DNA of 64,000 nt, taken from the IMG/VR virus record IMGVR_UViG_3300021400_000046, positions 32,001-96,000 of that record; one strand, 5' to 3'. The position numbers and the translations under genes are program-made. Of this stretch, positions 1 to 9,710 are shown piece after piece. A model generated the notes under the pieces. It searched no databases. It was not told the DNA's origin and saw only the letters and a list, made by a program, of their open reading frames with translations. This DNA comes from a virus (taxonomy: Duplodnaviria; Caudoviricetes). How positions within the stretch are numbered: position 1 is the stretch's first letter; each line of letters begins with the position of its first letter.

Positions 1-2
1 AT

Positions 3-1118
3 ACTACATACGAACTGAACAATATTCGTAAGGACGCTGATCTGTTCGACGGTAAGTTTAACAAAACTTCCCCCGTTGTTGAAGTGTTCGCTGCTATGAC
101 CAATGGTGAGTCCCTTAACCGTTTTGGTGCGAAGGCCGACAAGGCTGTGGCGTATATCAAGGAGCTTGGCTCTCGCGCTGATAATGGCGATCCCGTTGCC
201 GTTGCCGAACTGAATACCATTCGTCGGTTTGTGATTGAAACTCCTATCCTGGAAGAAATGAAGCTGCTTGGTATTTTCGGTTCTTACCAGAATGTTGGTT
301 ATGATGAAAGCATTGAGCGCGAGATTTATACTCATGTTGGTGAAATGTCTCGTGAGCAGGCTGCTGGTGGCGACGTTGTGTTCCCTGCCATCACTAAGGA
401 AACCTATCCTGTTGGTACTACTACCGTCTCTGGCGGTTATGCCGTTGATTATCGTCGGGTTGCGCTTGGCGATATGAGCAAGGAAAACGAAGGTCTTGCT
501 ATGGTTAAGACTGACATCCGCAATAAGGCTGTTCTATACGTTATTAACAAGGTTTATAACGCGATTAAGAACGCTACTGGTGTTAAGTATCAGGCTGAGT
601 TTGCTGGTCTAACTAAGGCCGGTGTCGATGCTATTCTGAACGCTGTGCGCAGAAACGGTAAGCCTACTGTTGTTGCTGATTATGCTATCCTGTCTCAGTT
701 TACCCCGTGGGCTGGCTACAAGGGTTCTATTGACAACACTACTATTACCGGTATGTCTCAGAAGGTTATGGACGAGCTGGCTGCTAATGGCGCTCTGTCT
801 ATGTACAATGGCGCTGTCTTGGCCGAGCTGCCGAATCCTTACAACGAGTATGATATGAGCGGTTCCTGGACTCCTGATGGCGGCACTACCACTCTGCCTA
901 ACTTCAAGACCCTGCTTCCTGCCGGTCTGGCTTTTGTTGTCCCTGCTGGCGTTAAGTCTCCTATCGCTACCTGGACTCGTGGTGGTCTGACTTCTGTGAC
1001 CGGTACTAACGTTAAGAACGGTAAGTATGAGACTCGCTTCGACCTCGAAGTTGCCGCTGATGTGGCGAAGGGTCAGGAGCATCGTATTGGTTGCTTCAAG
1101 GACACCAATATCGGCTAA
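3..1118 (+). CDS. Major capsid protein (5'-truncated by the window)
   Basis: Frame is open from base 3 (TTYELNNIRKDAD...) through the called GTG at 84; strongly biased high-expression codon usage; lies ahead of the connector genes. Confidence 0.8.
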   Translation, partial: TTYELNNIRKDADLFDGKFNKTSPVVEVFAAMTNGESLNRFGAKADKAVAYIKELGSRADNGDPVAVAELNTIRRFVIETPILEEMKLLGIFGSYQNVGYDESIEREIYTHVGEMSREQAAGGDVVFPAITKETYPVGTTTVSGGYAVDYRRVALGDMSKENEGLAMVKTDIRNKAVLYVINKVYNAIKNATGVKYQAEFAGLTKAGVDAILNAVRRNGKPTVVADYAILSQFTPWAGYKGSIDNTTITGMSQKVMDELAANGALSMYNGAVLAELPNPYNEYDMSGSWTPDGGTTTLPNFKTLLPAGLAFVVPAGVKSPIATWTRGGLTSVTGTNVKNGKYETRFDLEVAADVAKGQEHRIGCFKDTNIG

Positions 1119-1168
1119 TTCAATAATAGAGTTTGCAAATAGTTATTTGTATCTTTATTGACATAAAT

Positions 1169-1192
1169 GGGACACCGTATTAACGGTGTCCC
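1169..1192 (+). terminator. Perfect 10-bp hairpin after the capsid gene
   Basis: GGGACACCGT-ATTA-ACGGTGTCCC; U-tract is weak. Confidence 0.55.
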
Positions 1193-1220
1193 TATCTATA
1201 AATAACGCAGGAGAAATCAA

Positions 1221-1409
1221 ATGGAAGATAATGTAAATTTTTATTGCTATTCCTTGCGGCTTTTTCATTTCTTATCGGCATTTTCTGAAAAGTGCTATAT
1301 CTCAAAGGTAAACACAAAGAGCGGAAATCGTTATTGGGTGTTCCGCAAGTCAGAACGGCTCGATAAGATTATTAAGTTATATAATGAAGTAAAGCACAAA
1401 ATTAGTTGA
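1221..1409 (+). CDS. Small DUF5659-like phage protein
   Basis: RBS GGAG; FYCYSxRL...RYWVF pattern; 62 aa. Confidence 0.6.
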   Translation: MEDNVNFYCYSLRLFHFLSAFSEKCYISKVNTKSGNRYWVFRKSERLDKIIKLYNEVKHKIS

Positions 1410-1447
1410 AATCAGACAAAGATAATTGAAACGAGGTATTGATATAT

Positions 1448-1963
1448 ATGGCAGAAAAGACTACTGCAAAAGCAAAAACTGAAACTGCAAAAGAAGAATA
1501 TGATCTTGACAATCTAAATCTTGATGCGAAAGTTACCGTTAAAAACCTTGCTGGGTGGACTGTATGTTTTACAAGAATCCATGATGGTATTGGTGATGTT
1601 AATATTGCGCCGAACGGAAAACAGCGGTTATCAAGAAATGAAGTCCAAGCACAGGTACTTAATAACAATCGTTTGTTCGCCGGTACAGATGGGCAAGGAA
1701 GCCATGCGACCATTTATGTTGAAGATGCTGCGACCCGCAGGCTATTAGGCTTCGAGGAAGATGGGCGCGAACAGGTTATCTTTACGGATGAAACCGCAAA
1801 GAAATTGTTTAATATGAGTAATGCTGCCTATGAAAACGCACTTCCAGAGTTGGTAAAAACCGATGCAGAGCGAAATGCGTTAATGGATGCAATTCGTAGG
1901 CTTGGACTAAATGATTATAGAAAGATCGTTTTTGCAGAGAAATATACTGGTTATAGATTTTAA
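1448..1963 (+). CDS. Hypothetical head-associated protein
   Basis: ORF with GAGG RBS between capsid and connector genes. Confidence 0.65.
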   Translation: MAEKTTAKAKTETAKEEYDLDNLNLDAKVTVKNLAGWTVCFTRIHDGIGDVNIAPNGKQRLSRNEVQAQVLNNNRLFAGTDGQGSHATIYVEDAATRRLLGFEEDGREQVIFTDETAKKLFNMSNAAYENALPELVKTDAERNALMDAIRRLGLNDYRKIVFAEKYTGYRF

Positions 1964-1987
1964 TATAAAATAAAGGCGGTGCTATAA

Positions 1988-2380
1988 ATGGCTAATACAG
2001 TAGCACAAGAAGTCTTTGATAGTTTTGAATCATCTTTTAAGGATAAGGTAGAAATCCCGCAAAGTTTAGAATTATTGTGGCTGAAAAAGGCTGTTGGTCG
2101 TTACTCTGTTGAACTTGATGAATTATCGTTTGATGGAGAAACAATGGAATTTAATACTGAACTAAATCAATATGTAATTGATACTCTTGCTGCTTTTATG
2201 AAGCAATACTATCAAGAGCGTGAGGTTTCAAGAGTGAATAAGCAAATTTCTATTGTTGGGCATGATCTTAGCATTGATGGAGCTGGTCATACAAAAACAG
2301 CCGCAAAGAATGAACTTGATTATTGTGATACTCAAAGCAATTTGATGGTTTCAAATCAAAAGCCTACCGCTTATTCGTAA
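1988..2380 (+). CDS. Putative head-tail adaptor/connector
   Basis: 130 aa; position in head-tail module. Confidence 0.55.
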   Translation: MANTVAQEVFDSFESSFKDKVEIPQSLELLWLKKAVGRYSVELDELSFDGETMEFNTELNQYVIDTLAAFMKQYYQEREVSRVNKQISIVGHDLSIDGAGHTKTAAKNELDYCDTQSNLMVSNQKPTAYS

Positions 2381-2389
2381 AGGCGGTGT

Positions 2390-3484
2390 TTGCAAATGAA
2401 AGATTGGTACTTAATGAACACTAATCACGATACAGTTAGTGGTTTTGAAAGTGATGATTTTGATAACCTTGCAAGCGACGCTTTTGAAGAAGCTATCGCT
2501 TCGTCATTAGGAATTGATGTTGAGATTTGTAACTACGACTTGTCTGAGCGGACAAGCACACGAATAATTGTAGAGGGCAATGTTCAAGATACTAAACTAA
2601 ATTCTATTCAACGGAGATTACTTGCGAGAATCGGTACTTGTGAGGCCGGACAATATGTTTATTATAAAAATAGATACTGGTTAATTATTGGGCTTGTGGA
2701 TGACAACGGTTTATATGAAAAAGGTGTTATGATTGTTTGTAACCACCTTTTAACTTGGGAAAACCAATATGGAGATATAATCCAGCGTTGGGTTTCTGTA
2801 TCATCTGCATCACAGTACAACAATGGTGAAACCACTTCCGGCAGAGAAGCGGAAATGACATACCGCAGCGATCAGCTTATGGTACTTACTCCATGTGATG
2901 ATGAAAGTATTTTAATCCCACATGGTAAGCGTTTTATCATTGATCTTAGATGTAAAATATATGAAAGAAATTTTGATGATGGTACTAAGGTTGATACATC
3001 AAAAGAGGTTTTGACATATCGAGTTACACGCCTTGATAATATCTTATATAACTATGAAGATAGTGGTCATGCTGAGTTTATGGCTTATCAGGATGAACAG
3101 CATGAAAACGATGGCTATTATGTTATTAATGGCAAAGGTTATTGGTTGTGTGATAAACCTATAAAATTTGATGATGGCGAACAGCTTGTCGGCTCTACCG
3201 GTACTTGCGTTATTGAATGTGAAGAACCAGTTGTTTATTGTGGATTTGGCGAGTCCATTTTCTTCGCAAGATTCTTTGATGAAAATGGGAACTCTATATC
3301 TGCTAATCCTGAATGGGAAATTAAGTGCGGATATATAGACAGTTTAATGGTGGAGAACGTTGATAATTCAATTTGCATTTCTGCCGATAACACTAAATTG
3401 ATCGGTGAATCGTTTGAGTTATCGTTGCACTCTGACGGATATGAAACAACGTCTATTACTGTTAGTATAAAGGCGTTAATATAG
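2390..3484 (+). CDS. Putative head closure/neck structural protein
   Basis: GQYVYYKNRYWLI / CNHLLTW motifs typical of SPbeta-like neck proteins; position. Confidence 0.55.
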   Translation: MQMKDWYLMNTNHDTVSGFESDDFDNLASDAFEEAIASSLGIDVEICNYDLSERTSTRIIVEGNVQDTKLNSIQRRLLARIGTCEAGQYVYYKNRYWLIIGLVDDNGLYEKGVMIVCNHLLTWENQYGDIIQRWVSVSSASQYNNGETTSGREAEMTYRSDQLMVLTPCDDESILIPHGKRFIIDLRCKIYERNFDDGTKVDTSKEVLTYRVTRLDNILYNYEDSGHAEFMAYQDEQHENDGYYVINGKGYWLCDKPIKFDDGEQLVGSTGTCVIECEEPVVYCGFGESIFFARFFDENGNSISANPEWEIKCGYIDSLMVENVDNSICISADNTKLIGESFELSLHSDGYETTSITVSIKALI

Positions 3485-3493
3485 GTGTCATAA

Positions 3494-3985
3494 ATGAAAA
3501 CGAAAACGACAAAAGAACGCGGAGACTATAAGCAAAAGATTAACGCGGCTTTTTATAAAAGCATTCCAATAAAGGATTTGCTTTTTGACGGTATTGACAT
3601 ATCCGGCATGAGCGCAAATGAATTGAGAGATCAATTCAAAAAGCACGTTAAATCTCATTTGTTTATAGATGATACTATTAAAGATACTGGGTCGTTCATT
3701 TATTATGACATTCGGATGCTTTATTTGCATGAGAATATAAAAACCTGTACGCTTGTCGTTTACGCAGTTTGTCATAGAGATATTCTTGATAATTACGAAT
3801 ACGAAGGGTATTATGGAAATCGTGCTGATATTCTTTCTGAAATGATAGAAGATTGTTTAATAAATGACGAGGAAGTAGTAAATAGTTTCGGAATTGGTAG
3901 ACTGACTCTTGACAGCGTAGATGTCTACAATTCATCCAGATTTTATGGGTGCGTTATGACATTTAACGTGCCAAATTTCAGATAA
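3494..3985 (+). CDS. Putative tail terminator/neck protein
   Basis: 163 aa; NRADILSEMIE motif; precedes the tail tube gene. Confidence 0.5.
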   Translation: MKTKTTKERGDYKQKINAAFYKSIPIKDLLFDGIDISGMSANELRDQFKKHVKSHLFIDDTIKDTGSFIYYDIRMLYLHENIKTCTLVVYAVCHRDILDNYEYEGYYGNRADILSEMIEDCLINDEEVVNSFGIGRLTLDSVDVYNSSRFYGCVMTFNVPNFR

Positions 3986-4764
3986 TGAAATTAGATTATG
4001 GGACTCAAATTAGCCCTGTTCCTGTAGCGCTGTCAATTGGTTCAATAAAAAAACCAACACTTAAAGAGATTGCAGAAATAACATTTGACAAATTTGCCTT
4101 TTATGAAATGTTATTAAAACTTACTCCTGAGTTCTATTATGAAAAAATGGGCGATGCTGATGACAAGAAGTATTGGGAAGCATTGTCTGATATAGAGAAA
4201 ACAACGGAAACCATATTTAACATTATTGTAAAGAAAGGCAATGTTGCAAGTTTATATGCTGAAATGTTGGATTATTTTTTTGTTGAAACTGTAATCTATA
4301 AAGAGGGCTATTTTATAATATTAAATCCTGGTGTTGATCCAAATGGCGAATTGAATAAAGATAGCATAAAAAGCGCCATAAATAAAGATACATTTCAGGA
4401 GACACTTGAACTAATACAACAAATTTGTGGAATATACGAAGGAAAAGTTGAAGAAGAAAAGTTCAAGAACAATGTAGCAAAAGCTATCTATGATAAAATA
4501 TCTAAAGGGAACAAAAAAAGAGAAAAGAAAATAGATAAGAATTTGTCATTGCCTAATATTATTTCTGCTCTATGTAATAAGCATCCATCATTGAATTATA
4601 CAAACATTTGGGGTTTGACAGTGTTTCAATTGCTTGATGCGTTTAACAGGATGCAAATGAACTCAGTGTATGATATTGAGTCAACGCGGGTTTCTGTTTG
4701 GGGCGACGAGAAAAAAACTTTTGATGCATCCCTTTGGTATAAAAATAATTACGATACACATTAA
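3985..4764 (+). CDS. Conserved phage tail-module protein
   Basis: TAATG overlap with upstream gene; NIWGLTVFQLLD motif. Confidence 0.6.
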   Translation: MKLDYGTQISPVPVALSIGSIKKPTLKEIAEITFDKFAFYEMLLKLTPEFYYEKMGDADDKKYWEALSDIEKTTETIFNIIVKKGNVASLYAEMLDYFFVETVIYKEGYFIILNPGVDPNGELNKDSIKSAINKDTFQETLELIQQICGIYEGKVEEEKFKNNVAKAIYDKISKGNKKREKKIDKNLSLPNIISALCNKHPSLNYTNIWGLTVFQLLDAFNRMQMNSVYDIESTRVSVWGDEKKTFDASLWYKNNYDTH

Positions 4765-4792
4765 AGTCGATCTATTTGATCGGCTAATTTTT
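4765..4792 (+). terminator. Hairpin with T-tract before the tail tube gene
   Basis: AGTCGATC-TATTT-GATCGGCT followed by AATTTTT. Confidence 0.45.
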
Positions 4793-4810
4793 GTTTAGGA
4801 GGAAAATAAT

Positions 4811-5566
4811 ATGCCTGATCTGAATAAGGCCAATCGCCAAGTCTGTGATGTTGACATTCGTATCTTAAAGACTATGGCTCCGTTTTTGAATTTTGATACT
4901 GCTAATACTACAACTGCCGGTCTGTCAAGTGATAGTGTTTACGCTATGGCGAAGGGTTCCCGCAAGATTGCTTTCCAGAATCCTATTCAGGGTACTATGA
5001 GCATTGAAGCCCAGGTTTATCCTTTCAAGATGTTTGCCCTGCTGTCTGATGGCGTTATTGAGACTTCTGCTGCCTATGCCGATATTAAAACCATCACTTG
5101 CGAAACTGCTGGCGAGCTGCCCCTTACCGTTGCTTCTGGCGACGAAATTAAAGCCGGTACTGTTTTTGCTTATCCTGCTGGTTCTTTCGGTGATGAAAGT
5201 GCGGTTATTGCCGGTACTTATGCTTCTAACAAGTTTACCGCAACTACTGCATCTGATATTGCTGTAGGCTCCAAGTATGAGGTTGGTTATATTGTTACTC
5301 GCAATTCTGGCGTGAAGAAGGTCACTTTTAATAATAAGAAACTGCCGAAGGATTATTACATCACCATGAAAACTCTGGATAAGGACGAGGATGGTGTTCT
5401 TACTCCGTTTGTTATGACTGCTTACAAGGCAACCATTCAGCGTAGTTTTGATTTGTCCTTCAGCTCTGAGGGCGATCCCGCTTCTGTGACCCTGAACTTC
5501 GATCTGATGGAGGACAAGGAAGGTAACGTGCTTGATATTATCGAGCTTACCGATGATGCCGAGTAA
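4811..5566 (+). CDS. Major tail (tube) protein
   Basis: Strong AGGAGG RBS; same codon bias as capsid; C-terminal FSSEGDPASVTLNFD motif. Confidence 0.8.
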   Translation: MPDLNKANRQVCDVDIRILKTMAPFLNFDTANTTTAGLSSDSVYAMAKGSRKIAFQNPIQGTMSIEAQVYPFKMFALLSDGVIETSAAYADIKTITCETAGELPLTVASGDEIKAGTVFAYPAGSFGDESAVIAGTYASNKFTATTASDIAVGSKYEVGYIVTRNSGVKKVTFNNKKLPKDYYITMKTLDKDEDGVLTPFVMTAYKATIQRSFDLSFSSEGDPASVTLNFDLMEDKEGNVLDIIELTDDAE

Positions 5567-5586
5567 TAGCAACATTTTTGTTTGAG

Positions 5587-5610
5587 AATGGGGGCGACAC
5601 CCCCATTTTC
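5587..5610 (+). terminator. Rho-independent terminator after tail tube gene
   Basis: AATGGGGG-CGACA-CCCCCATT then TTC. Confidence 0.6.
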
Positions 5611-5627
5611 TATAAAGGAGCATTGAC

Positions 5628-5900
5628 ATGGTTAAAGAATGTGTTGTCAAGCTCAACAATGACGCTGTTACTGTCGTGAATTTTGATGGAATTGATGTGC
5701 AATTCCCAGCTATTAACAAGGACGATAAGACTGTTTTCGTGAGTTTCGAGAATGGAAAATACGCCATTGTTGACAAGGACTATAAAGAACAACGCACCGA
5801 AAAATTAAAGAAAAAGGGTGCTAATAAGAAAACAACTAAAGAAGAAAGCGTAGAAATAACAGAAGAAGATGCGGCTGTTGAAGTAACACCTGATGCTTAA
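5628..5900 (+). CDS. Hypothetical protein
   Basis: AAGGAG RBS; 90 aa. Confidence 0.65.
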   Translation: MVKECVVKLNNDAVTVVNFDGIDVQFPAINKDDKTVFVSFENGKYAIVDKDYKEQRTEKLKKKGANKKTTKEESVEITEEDAAVEVTPDA

Positions 5901-6004
5901 AGTTGTATTGTATTTTAACTGATAGGGAGAGTAATACCTATACAACAATGTATGTATCTGGTGTACTCTCCCTTTATTTTTGCGTTTTAATTATGGAGAG
6001 AAAG

Positions 6005-6259
6005 ATGAAAAGCATAAATTTTAAGACACTTGAAGAATGTGTTGAATGTTATGGACGTGAAAATTTAGTTGCAATAGATAATCTTAGCCAAATCATTCAA
6101 TACACGCGCAATGGTTGTCAGCCAAAATTTGTATACGAAAACGAAACAAAACCAGGAAAAATCACTTGTTGGTTTTTGAAAAGTGAGTCGATGTATGTGT
6201 ACAAAAAATGGATGAACAACAGGCCAAATAATAATGAAAAACATAGGGAAACAGTTTGA
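6005..6259 (+). CDS. Small DUF5659-like protein
   Basis: Start reassigned to ATG 6005 after GGAGAG RBS; the upstream part of the called ORF is a hairpin. Confidence 0.55.
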   Translation: MKSINFKTLEECVECYGRENLVAIDNLSQIIQYTRNGCQPKFVYENETKPGKITCWFLKSESMYVYKKWMNNRPNNNEKHRETV

Positions 6260-6743
6260 GGCACAAATCAAAGCGTCCACTCCTGAATATGCACTTCTTT
6301 ATCGTTTACCAGATTCAGCACAGTCTTTTGGTGGAAGTAATAAATTGAGATTTAGTAATAAACCACCGTTTGATTTTCTTTTATGGGATTCGCTTCGTCA
6401 TAAATTGTACGCATTAGAAACGAAAACGGTACAAGGTAAATCAATATCGTTTGAGCGGAGCAAAGATGAACACGCTGAGATACATTATCATCAAATTTGC
6501 GGGTTAAATAATTGGAACAAATATGATGGAATTACTTGTGGCTTTATTATTGAATTTCGAGCATTGGAAAAGACTGTATTTATAGAGATTGAAGAAATGA
6601 ATAAGTTGATTTCACTGATTTCAAAAAGAAGTTTTAATTATAATGACTTAAACGAATTGGGTATTCTCTATGTTTTAATCGGGCAGAAAAAGGCTCGAAC
6701 AAGATATACATACGATCTTGACGAGTTCCTAAGAAATCAATAA
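6234..6743 (+). CDS. recU: Holliday junction resolvase RecU
   Basis: NxGKQFE, PPFDF, ALETKT and IHYHQI motifs of RecU. Confidence 0.85.
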   Translation: MKNIGKQFEAQIKASTPEYALLYRLPDSAQSFGGSNKLRFSNKPPFDFLLWDSLRHKLYALETKTVQGKSISFERSKDEHAEIHYHQICGLNNWNKYDGITCGFIIEFRALEKTVFIEIEEMNKLISLISKRSFNYNDLNELGILYVLIGQKKARTRYTYDLDEFLRNQ

Positions 6744-6789
6744 AAGGATAGTTTTATCATAGAAGATTAGTTAGAAAGGAAACATAAAA

Positions 6790-7344
6790 ATGATTGAATA
6801 CAAGAATAAGATTGAATTAGCTGAATTTTTGGCAATTTCCGAAATTATTGCCGATGGGTATTTCGATGAAACCGGTGCTTATGCGCCGCATTATGGCATT
6901 ATGAATGCCTATCGAGTTTTTTACAATGTGTGTGTTACAAAGAGTCCATACGATGAAACTTATGGACACAATATTATCAATATCGAAGAACTGAGCGAGA
7001 TCGTTTCTGACGATGAATTTGTTACTAAGTTTGAAACTTGCGTCAATAGTGGCAAGCAAGGTTTGACTTTTAGTGCTGCCTTCAATAATGCTATGCAGAT
7101 GGTTGATGCCAGAAAGTCCTCTATCGGTTCTGCTGTAACCATGATTGTTGATGCAATCCAGGGCATTGCTGACCGAGCTAAAAACGTTATGAGTGACGAG
7201 AATATGCAGCATATCGCGTCAATTGCAAAGGATATTGGTAACGGTAAAATTACCGCAGATGATATTGTGAATGCATATGGTAAGCAGCTCGAAGAAAAGG
7301 CTGGCAAGATTAGTGTTGTTTCGGATAAAAAGGTAGAGGATTAA
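6790..7344 (+). CDS. Hypothetical protein, possible tail assembly chaperone
   Basis: RBS AAGGA; lies between tail tube and tape measure. Confidence 0.5.
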   Translation: MIEYKNKIELAEFLAISEIIADGYFDETGAYAPHYGIMNAYRVFYNVCVTKSPYDETYGHNIINIEELSEIVSDDEFVTKFETCVNSGKQGLTFSAAFNNAMQMVDARKSSIGSAVTMIVDAIQGIADRAKNVMSDENMQHIASIAKDIGNGKITADDIVNAYGKQLEEKAGKISVVSDKKVED

Positions 7345-7345
7345 A

Positions 7346-7753
7346 ATGCAGGCAACCAGTTTAGAAGAACTGGAAAAGATGATAGAGAATGAGATCAAAA
7401 AAGCCCTCGCAGAATCAGCTTCACAATCATTACTGATTATGTCTGATGCTACGAGGGAATTTTATGATGGTGGTACACCAACGATGTATGTTAGAACCGG
7501 CGCATTAGGTAGAGCGCCAGCCATTGATCCACCGAAGAAAACTGGTGACGGCTATGAGTTCAAGGCATACATGGACAAGGATCATACTTATGATACCGGC
7601 AAGAAACCGACGATGGAACAGGTTTTAAGCCTTACGAATGATGGGCATTATAAAGGCTTGCGTCCTGCTGTTGGCGCAAAAGGTTATTGGGATAGAGCTT
7701 TACAGAAAATGAAAGATGCGACAAGAGATACGTTTATTGAGCATTTTGGTTGA
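7346..7753 (+). CDS. HK97 gp10-like tail-completion protein
   Basis: YVRTGAL motif and C-terminal YWDRAL. Confidence 0.5.
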   Translation: MQATSLEELEKMIENEIKKALAESASQSLLIMSDATREFYDGGTPTMYVRTGALGRAPAIDPPKKTGDGYEFKAYMDKDHTYDTGKKPTMEQVLSLTNDGHYKGLRPAVGAKGYWDRALQKMKDATRDTFIEHFG

Positions 7754-8524
7754 TTATTTCTGGATTGAAGTTACAATACCATCTTCTAAATAAACGTATC
7801 TATTATTTGAATAGCACCATTGTTCAGTAGTGTTGTATGCCGTAATTGTTGTATTAACATCTTGTGGTTCGCCCCATGTAGAGTTACGGACTTCTTCTGC
7901 TGTCATACCGATTTGCGGTTCAGTTGGGAACCCGTAATCGTCAGGCATTTTTCGCAGACTTTCATAATGGTCAGCCGTTGAAGAATGTGTAGGTGTTTTG
8001 CCGTAAGAGTAAAACTCAACAGTGCCATTGCGGATTACAAAAGCGTATGTCCCATAATATCCTTCTGCAACAAGTCTATTTTCATTATCTTTATTTTCAA
8101 AGTATAGTGTTTTGAATTGGGTTGTGTTGTAACTCCCATCCATTACTGTAACAATTCTTCCTATTTCAAAAATGAATTTTTCTTTATTATGTCTATAAGT
8201 ATAGAATCCAGATAACTGTGTAATAAGATTACAAGCATCTAAATATTCTGTACTTCTTTCATAATCCCCAAGGTATTCAAATATTGGAATTGCGGAAGTA
8301 TAGTTACCTTCAGAGAAATAGTTAATTGCTTTTTCGTACATAATATCTGGGCTATCTGTTTCAAAAATTGCAGAAGTTGTTTGTAGAATAGTAGTTTCTT
8401 CTTGTTTAATAGATTCTGTTTGTTTTGTTGTTTCGCTTATTGATTGCTGCGGAGAACATGAACACATAATTAGCGCAAAAAGCATGACAAAAATACTACA
8501 AAAAATAATAAACTTTTTACCCAT
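7754..8524 (-). CDS. Antisense lipoprotein moron (TPR-like repeat, C-terminal SmpA/DUF2845-like domain)
   Basis: Signal peptide with lipobox IMCSC, Thr/Gln linker, YEKAINYF...GDYERS repeat, IGMTAEEV...WGEP...EQWCY. Confidence 0.75.
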   Translation of the reverse strand: MGKKFIIFCSIFVMLFALIMCSCSPQQSISETTKQTESIKQEETTILQTTSAIFETDSPDIMYEKAINYFSEGNYTSAIPIFEYLGDYERSTEYLDACNLITQLSGFYTYRHNKEKFIFEIGRIVTVMDGSYNTTQFKTLYFENKDNENRLVAEGYYGTYAFVIRNGTVEFYSYGKTPTHSSTADHYESLRKMPDDYGFPTEPQIGMTAEEVRNSTWGEPQDVNTTITAYNTTEQWCYSNNRYVYLEDGIVTSIQK

Positions 8525-8547
8525 AAAAGTACACCACCTTTGAAATA

Positions 8548-8576
8548 ACTATACCACATTATTGTAATTATTTCAA
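8548..8576 (-). promoter_or_regulatory. Sigma70-type promoter of the lipoprotein moron
   Basis: TTGAAA-17 nt-TATAGT with extended -10 TG. Confidence 0.7.
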
Positions 8577-8593
8577 GAGAAAGGAGTGAGAAT

Positions 8594-9646
8594 GTGGCAA
8601 ATAAAAAGGATGGAAGAACAACCGTTTACAACGAAATCACGTCTAAAGAAAAACTTGCACAAGTTAATGAGGATAATCTGCAATTAGAAGAAGATTTCAT
8701 TGAATACTTAACATCAACTGATAAAGCTACTTCGACAATTACACAGTATAAGGCTGTTTTACATATTTTCTGGTGTTGGAATTTAGAAAACAATAAGAAT
8801 AAGCCATTTGTAGAGCTTACAAAGCGTGAAGTGACGCGGTTCCAAAACAATGCTTTGAACACATGGGGATGGTCGCCTCGCCGGATTAGAATGGTCAAGG
8901 CTGTCATGCGTAGTCTTGAAAACTATATATCCAATATTCTTGATGATGATTACCCTGATTATAAAAAGATTTGGGACAAGATCGAATCGCCGGTGAATGA
9001 GGCTGTTCGTGAAAAGTCTGTATTTACCCGTGAAGAATTGCAGAAATTATTAGATTACCTTGTTGAACGAAAAGAATATATGAAGGCTTGTTTTGTTTCT
9101 CTTGCCATGAATAGTGGACGGAGAAAAGCGGAGCTTGTAAGATTTAAGGTATCATATTTCTCTGGCGCAAACTTAATTTGTGACGGAGCTTTATATAAGA
9201 CACCTGAGAAAATGCGGACGAAAGGAAGCGGCCAACGCGGTAAACTTCTTGATGTTTTTACATTGGCGAAACCGTTTAATCCATATCTCAAATTATGGTT
9301 AGAGCAGCGTGAGGAATTTGGCATTCAAAGTGATTGGCTTTTCCCGAAATACGAAGATGGGAAATGGCAGGATGAACAAATGCCAATTAGCACAGTTGAT
9401 TCTTGGTCAAGGACTTTTTCAAGAGTTTTAGGCCGGAGTTTTTATTTCCATAGTATGAGACATTTCTTTACATCGTACCTTTCAGAGCAAAATATCCCGG
9501 ACAATGTTATTAAAGATATTGTTGGTTGGAGTAATGTCGATATGGTTGACATTTATAGAGATACGAAAGCAGAAGATACTTTCGATAAATACTTTGGAGC
9601 TGAAGGTATTAAAAATGTTGAGAAAGGATCAATTCAAAACTTATAA
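8594..9646 (+). CDS. Tyrosine recombinase in the tail module (not the att integrase)
   Basis: SGRRKAEL (R), HSMRH (HxxR), VGWS, VDIY (Y) catalytic motifs. Confidence 0.9.
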   Translation: MANKKDGRTTVYNEITSKEKLAQVNEDNLQLEEDFIEYLTSTDKATSTITQYKAVLHIFWCWNLENNKNKPFVELTKREVTRFQNNALNTWGWSPRRIRMVKAVMRSLENYISNILDDDYPDYKKIWDKIESPVNEAVREKSVFTREELQKLLDYLVERKEYMKACFVSLAMNSGRRKAELVRFKVSYFSGANLICDGALYKTPEKMRTKGSGQRGKLLDVFTLAKPFNPYLKLWLEQREEFGIQSDWLFPKYEDGKWQDEQMPISTVDSWSRTFSRVLGRSFYFHSMRHFFTSYLSEQNIPDNVIKDIVGWSNVDMVDIYRDTKAEDTFDKYFGAEGIKNVEKGSIQNL

Positions 9647-9653
9647 TAGTTGT

Positions 9654-9677
9654 TCGCCTGTAATGGGCGATTTTTTA
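9654..9677 (+). terminator. Terminator after the recombinase gene
   Basis: TCGCCT-GTAAT-GGGCGA followed by TTTTTT. Confidence 0.55.
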
Positions 9678-9710
9678 TTGCCAAATTTTGAGGAAAGGAG
9701 GTAAAACATA

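Noticed and set aside
4925-5776. 283-aa antisense ORF, and similar shadow ORFs such as 609-1082
   Set aside because: Mirror frames of strongly codon-biased tail tube and capsid genes; no RBS or recognisable motifs
7320-7350. Tail-chaperone -1 frameshift at T AAA AAG
   Set aside because: The next ORF (7346) is in the +1 frame, so a -1 shift would not join them
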